Assembly (NCBI RefSeq): GCF_963921235.1
Contig: NC_086108.1
Coordinates: 117,740,001 to 117,804,000 of the forward strand
Length of the DNA: 64,000 nt
Reading direction: 5' to 3'
From: Mobula hypostoma
Taxonomy: Eukaryota
A model generated the notes under the pieces. The model was not told the origin of the DNA and did not search any database. It saw nothing but the letters and a program-made list of their open reading frames with translations. How positions within the stretch are numbered: the stretch's first letter is position 1; each line of letters opens with the position of its first letter. Both the position numbers and the translations under genes were made by a program. Shown here one piece after another: positions 59,750 through 64,000 of this stretch.

Positions 59750-62700
59750 CTACGTAGTCCTCAATTGTCCATTTCATCCATGTGCCTATCTAAAGGTCTC
59801 TCAAATGTTCCTAATGCATCTACTTCTACCAACACCCCTGGCAGCATGTTTCACACAGCTACCACTGTTAAATATACCCTACTTTTGATATATCCCCTAT
59901 ACTTTCCAGCAATCACCTTAAAGTGATGTTGTTTCATATTAGCCATTTGTGACCTGAGAAAAAGGCATCGGCTCTCCTCTAACGATGCCTCTAATTATTT
60001 TGTACACCTCTATCAAGTCACCTTTCAACCTCCTTCAAAGCAAAAAGCCCTGGCAACCATTCCCATAAGACATGCTCTCTAAGCCAGGCAGCATCCTGGT
60101 AAATCTCCTCTGTGTCCTCTCTAACGCTTCCACGTCCTTCCTACAACGAAGTGAAAAGAACTGAACACAATACTCCCAAGAGTAGTCTAACCAGAGTTTT
60201 CTAGTGCTGCAACATTACCTCACAGTAATTCCATGAGAAATGAAGGTCAGCACACCATATGCTTTCTTCCCCATTTCTCAGCCCAGCTCTGCATCCTATC
60301 AATGTCCCATTGTAATCTGTAACAAGCTTCTACACTCTCTACAACACCACCAGCATGTGTGTTATCTGCAGAGTTCCTCATCCAAATCAAAAGACCACAG
60401 GACCATAAGACAAAGGAGCAGAATTAGGCAATTTGAGCGATTGAGTCTGCCCCACCATTGTGGCTGATTTATTATCCCTCTCAACCCCATTCTCCTGCCT
60501 TCTCCCCATAACCTTTGATGCCTTGACTAATCAAGTATCTATCAACCTCTGCTTTAAATATACTTAATGACTTGGCCTCCTTAATGAATTTTAGAGATTC
60601 ACCACCCTTAGGCTAAAGAAATTCCTCTTCATCTAAATGGACGCTCCTCTATTCGGAGGCTGTGCCCTCTGGTTCTGGACTCTCTCCACTATTGGAGGCA
60701 TCCTCTCCACATCCACTCAGTTGAGGACTTTATATTTTATACTTTATTGTCGCCAAACAATTGGTACTAGAACGTACAATGATCACAGTGATATTTGATT
60801 CTGCGCTTCACACTCTCTGGATTACAAATATTAAATATTAAAATAATAAAAATAGCTAAACTTAGTAAATATTAAAAATTTAAATTATAAATCATAAATA
60901 GAAAATAGAAAAATGGGAAGTAAGGTAGTGCAAAAAAACCGAGAGGCAGGTCCGGATATTTCAATACTTTCAAGTACTTTCAATACTCGATAGGTTTCAG
61001 TAAGAACCCCACCACCCATTCTTCTAAACTCCAGTGAGTATGAGCCCAGAGTCATCAAATGCTCCTCAGACATTAACTCTTTCATTCTCTGAATCATTCT
61101 CGTGTACCTCTTCTGGATCTTCCCTAATGCCAGCACATCTTTTCTTAGATAAGGGGCCCAAAACTGCTCACAATACTCCAAGTACAGTCTGACCAATGCC
61201 TGAAAACCCCAGCATTACATCCTTGCTCTTATATTCTAGTCCTCTCAAATTGAATGATAACATTGCATTTGCCATCCTTACCAGTGACCAAACTTGCAAG
61301 TTAATCTTTAGGAAATCCTGCCCAAGGACAACCAAATCCATTTGCACCTCTGATTTTTGATTTTTTTCTCTGTTTAGAAAATAGTCTACACGTTTATTCC
61401 ATATTTCATCTTTTCTCCCTTTATGGATTTTTAGTTACCTTCTGTTGGTTTTTAAAAAGCTTCCTAATACTCTAAATTTCCACCAATTTTTGCTATAGAA
61501 TTATAGAACACTACAGTACAGAAACAGGCCCTTTGGCCTTTGTAGTCTATTAATCTGCCTCATCCCATTCGACTTGCACCCAGACTATTGTCTTCCATGT
61601 ACCTATCCAAATTTCTCTTGAATGGTGAAATCAACTCTGTATCCACTACTTGTGGTGGTAACTCATTCCACACACTCATCTCCCTCTGAGAGAAGAAGTA
61701 CTCCCTCATGTTACATTAAACATTTCACCTTTCACCCTTAACGCATGACCTTGACACCAAGATCGGGGTATAGTGGACAGTGAGGAAGGCTATCATGGCT
61801 TGCACAGGATCTGGACCAGCTGGAAAAATGGGCTGAAAAGTAGCAGATAGAATTCAACGCAGACAAGTGTGAGGTGTTGCACTTCGGTAGGACCAGCTAG
61901 GGTAGATCTTACACAGTAAATGGTAGGACAGTGAGGAGTTTGATAGAACAAAGGGATCTGGAAATGCAGGTTCATAATTCATTGAAAGTGGCATCATGGG
62001 TAGATAGGGTCGTAAAGAAAGTTTTTGGCACATTGGCCTTCATAAATCAATGTATTGAGAGCAGGAGATGGGATGTTATGTTGAAGTTGTAGAAGACGTT
62101 GGTGAGGCCTAATTTGGAGTATTGTCTGCAGTCTGGTCACCTAACTACAGGAAAGATGTAAATAAATTTGAAAGAGTCATCCTAGGAACAGGGCATTGAT
62201 GATATCACACTTAGAGTGTTGTGTGCAGTTCTGGTTCATCATACACGTAGATATAATTAATCTAGAGAGTGCGCAGAAAAGAAATCACAAATAAATTCCT
62301 TGCACCTGCATTGGAGAGACTGGTATAGGCTGGGACTGTTTCCCTGCAACAAAGGAGGTTGGGGTGGGAGGGTGGAGCTAATAAAGGTTCAAATGATCAT
62401 GAAGAGCATAGTTACGCTAGAATGTCACAGTCTTTTTTCTGGGGTAGAGGAGAGTAAAGATAGAGGGCATAGGTTTATAGTGAAAGTTGATGTTGTGTAC
62501 TTGGATTTTCAGAAGGCCTTTGTCAAGGTGCCACACATGAGGCTGCTTAACAAGCTACGAGCCCATGGTATTACAGGAAAGATTCTAGCATGGATAAAAC
62601 AGTGGCTGATTTGCAGGAGGCACAGAATGGGAATAAAGGGAGCCATTTCTGTGGCATCTCACTGGGGTCCATGTTGGGACCGATACTTCATGTTGCATGT

Positions 62701-63610
62701 CAGTGATTTGGATGAAGAAATTTATGGCTTTGTTACAAAGTTTGCTGATGATATGAAGATAGTTGGAGAGGCAGGGAGTTTTGAAGAAGTAGAGAGGCTA
62801 CGGAAGGACTTATATTGGGTAAATGGGCAAAGAAATGGCAGATGGAATAAAGTGGAAGTTTATGGTCATGCACATTGGTAGAAGAAATGAAAGGGTTGAC
62901 TATTTTCTAAATGGAGAGAAGATACAAAAACTGAAGTGCAAAGGGACTAGGGAATCCTTGTGCAGGATTCCTGAAAGGTTAATTTGCAGGATGAGTCAGT
63001 GGTGGGGAAGGCAAATGTGATGTTAGCATTCATTCCATGAGGACTAGAATATAAAAGCAATGATGTAAAGTTGAGACTTTTTTGAGCTCTGGTGACACCT
63101 CACTTGGAGTATTGTGAGCAGTTTTGGGCCCCTTATCTTAGAAAGGACATGCTGAAACTGGAGAGGGTTCAAAGGAGGTTCACAAAAATGATTCCAGGAT
63201 TGACTGGCTTGTCATAAGAAAAGCATTTGATGACTCTGGGCCTGTATTTGCTGGAATTCAGAAGAACAAAGGGTGACCTCATTGAAACCTATTAAATGGT
63301 GAAAAGCTTTGACAGAGTAGATGTGGAGAGGATGTTTTCTGTGGTGAGACAATCTAGGACCAGACGACACAGCCTTTTAGAATGGAGATGACGAGAAATT
63401 TCATTAGTCAGAGAGTAGTTAATATGTGGAGTTCTTTGCCACAGGCAGTTGTGGAGGCCAAGACTTTATGTATATTGAAGGCAGAGATTGATAGATTCTT
63501 GATTGGTCAGGGTATGAAGGGATACAGGGAGAAGACAGGAGAGGGCAATTGGGTCAGCCATGATGAAATGCCAGATGCAATCCTCTATCTTCTAGTCTTA
63601 TGGTCTATGG
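59750..63610. mobile_element. Cluster of old CR1 fragments (- strand about 59750-61750; + strand about 61755-63610)
   Basis: [28 protein letters not shown] remnants; tails at about 60390, 61497 and 63600. Confidence 0.75.
60727..60961 (-). mobile_element. Short AT-rich LINE 3' end (Rex1/Babar-like) nested in CR1
   Basis: Minus strand ends GACAATAAAGTATAAAATATAAAGT (AATAAA plus short repeat tail) and interrupts a CR1. Confidence 0.45.
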
Positions 63611-63679
63611 AAAGAATAAAGAGTTCAAAAGAGTTCCCAACAGAAAGGTACTGGCAGTAAATGCCAGAGGAAGTGGTAG

Positions 63680-64000
63680 CTTCAAGTGCCACAGTTCCTG
63701 AGGAGACATTGGATTGTGCATAAATAGGCACTTGGAAAGGACCAATAAAATGAACTTGTGTTTACGTGGAGCAACCATTGCTGGAGTGGCCATTGTATGA
63801 GTGAGCCAATGTTAGAGTGGGGAGTACAGGCCTTGGCTCATCGAGTTTCGGCAAGGAGAGGCGTAGCCCACAAGTAGAATTCTTTGCAATTATTTATTCA
63901 AACTTATTACAAATTTAGAGCACTTGGGATATCAGACAGGATACTGGAATGCTCCTCTTGCCGGATGTCAGAAGGCAGAGAGTTCTCCAGTGTCCATGAT
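63680..64000 (+). mobile_element. CR1 5'UTR and ORF1 start (runs off window)
   Basis: Similar to 7120-7210; followed by the ECSSCRM-like ORF1 Cys motif at about 63947. Confidence 0.6.

Overview
Eukaryotic (vertebrate) genomic DNA, probably a cartilaginous fish such as a ray; this is inferred from the repeat families and not proven. The window holds six + strand coding exons of a VAV3-like Rho/Rac GEF gene, covering the end of the DH domain and the start of the PH domain. All six have AG/GT boundaries and splice in frame. The introns (7.8 kb, 6.4 kb, 34.5 kb, 100 bp, 3.5 kb, plus partial flanking introns) consist almost entirely of nested retroelements: many CR1 LINEs (one near full length), Penelope-like elements (PLEs), a young 5'-truncated L1-type element, Rex1/Babar fragments, a probable solo LTR, a tRNA-derived SINE head and two minisatellites. 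Main observations: (1) all seven CR1 ORF1/ORF2 junctions end in an in-frame T_TTA_AAC slippery heptamer plus stop and a G-rich motif, and ORF2 lies in the -1 frame in the three copies I read codon by codon, suggesting programmed -1 frameshifting. (2) Four minimal hammerhead ribozyme motifs lie in PLE termini. (3) Three fold-back PLE insertions have 14-15 bp target duplications; one is a perfect 74-bp hairpin whose loop is the hammerhead core. (4) A 457-bp CR1 palindrome has identical inner halves and diverged outer halves. Boundaries of old CR1 fragments are approximate.
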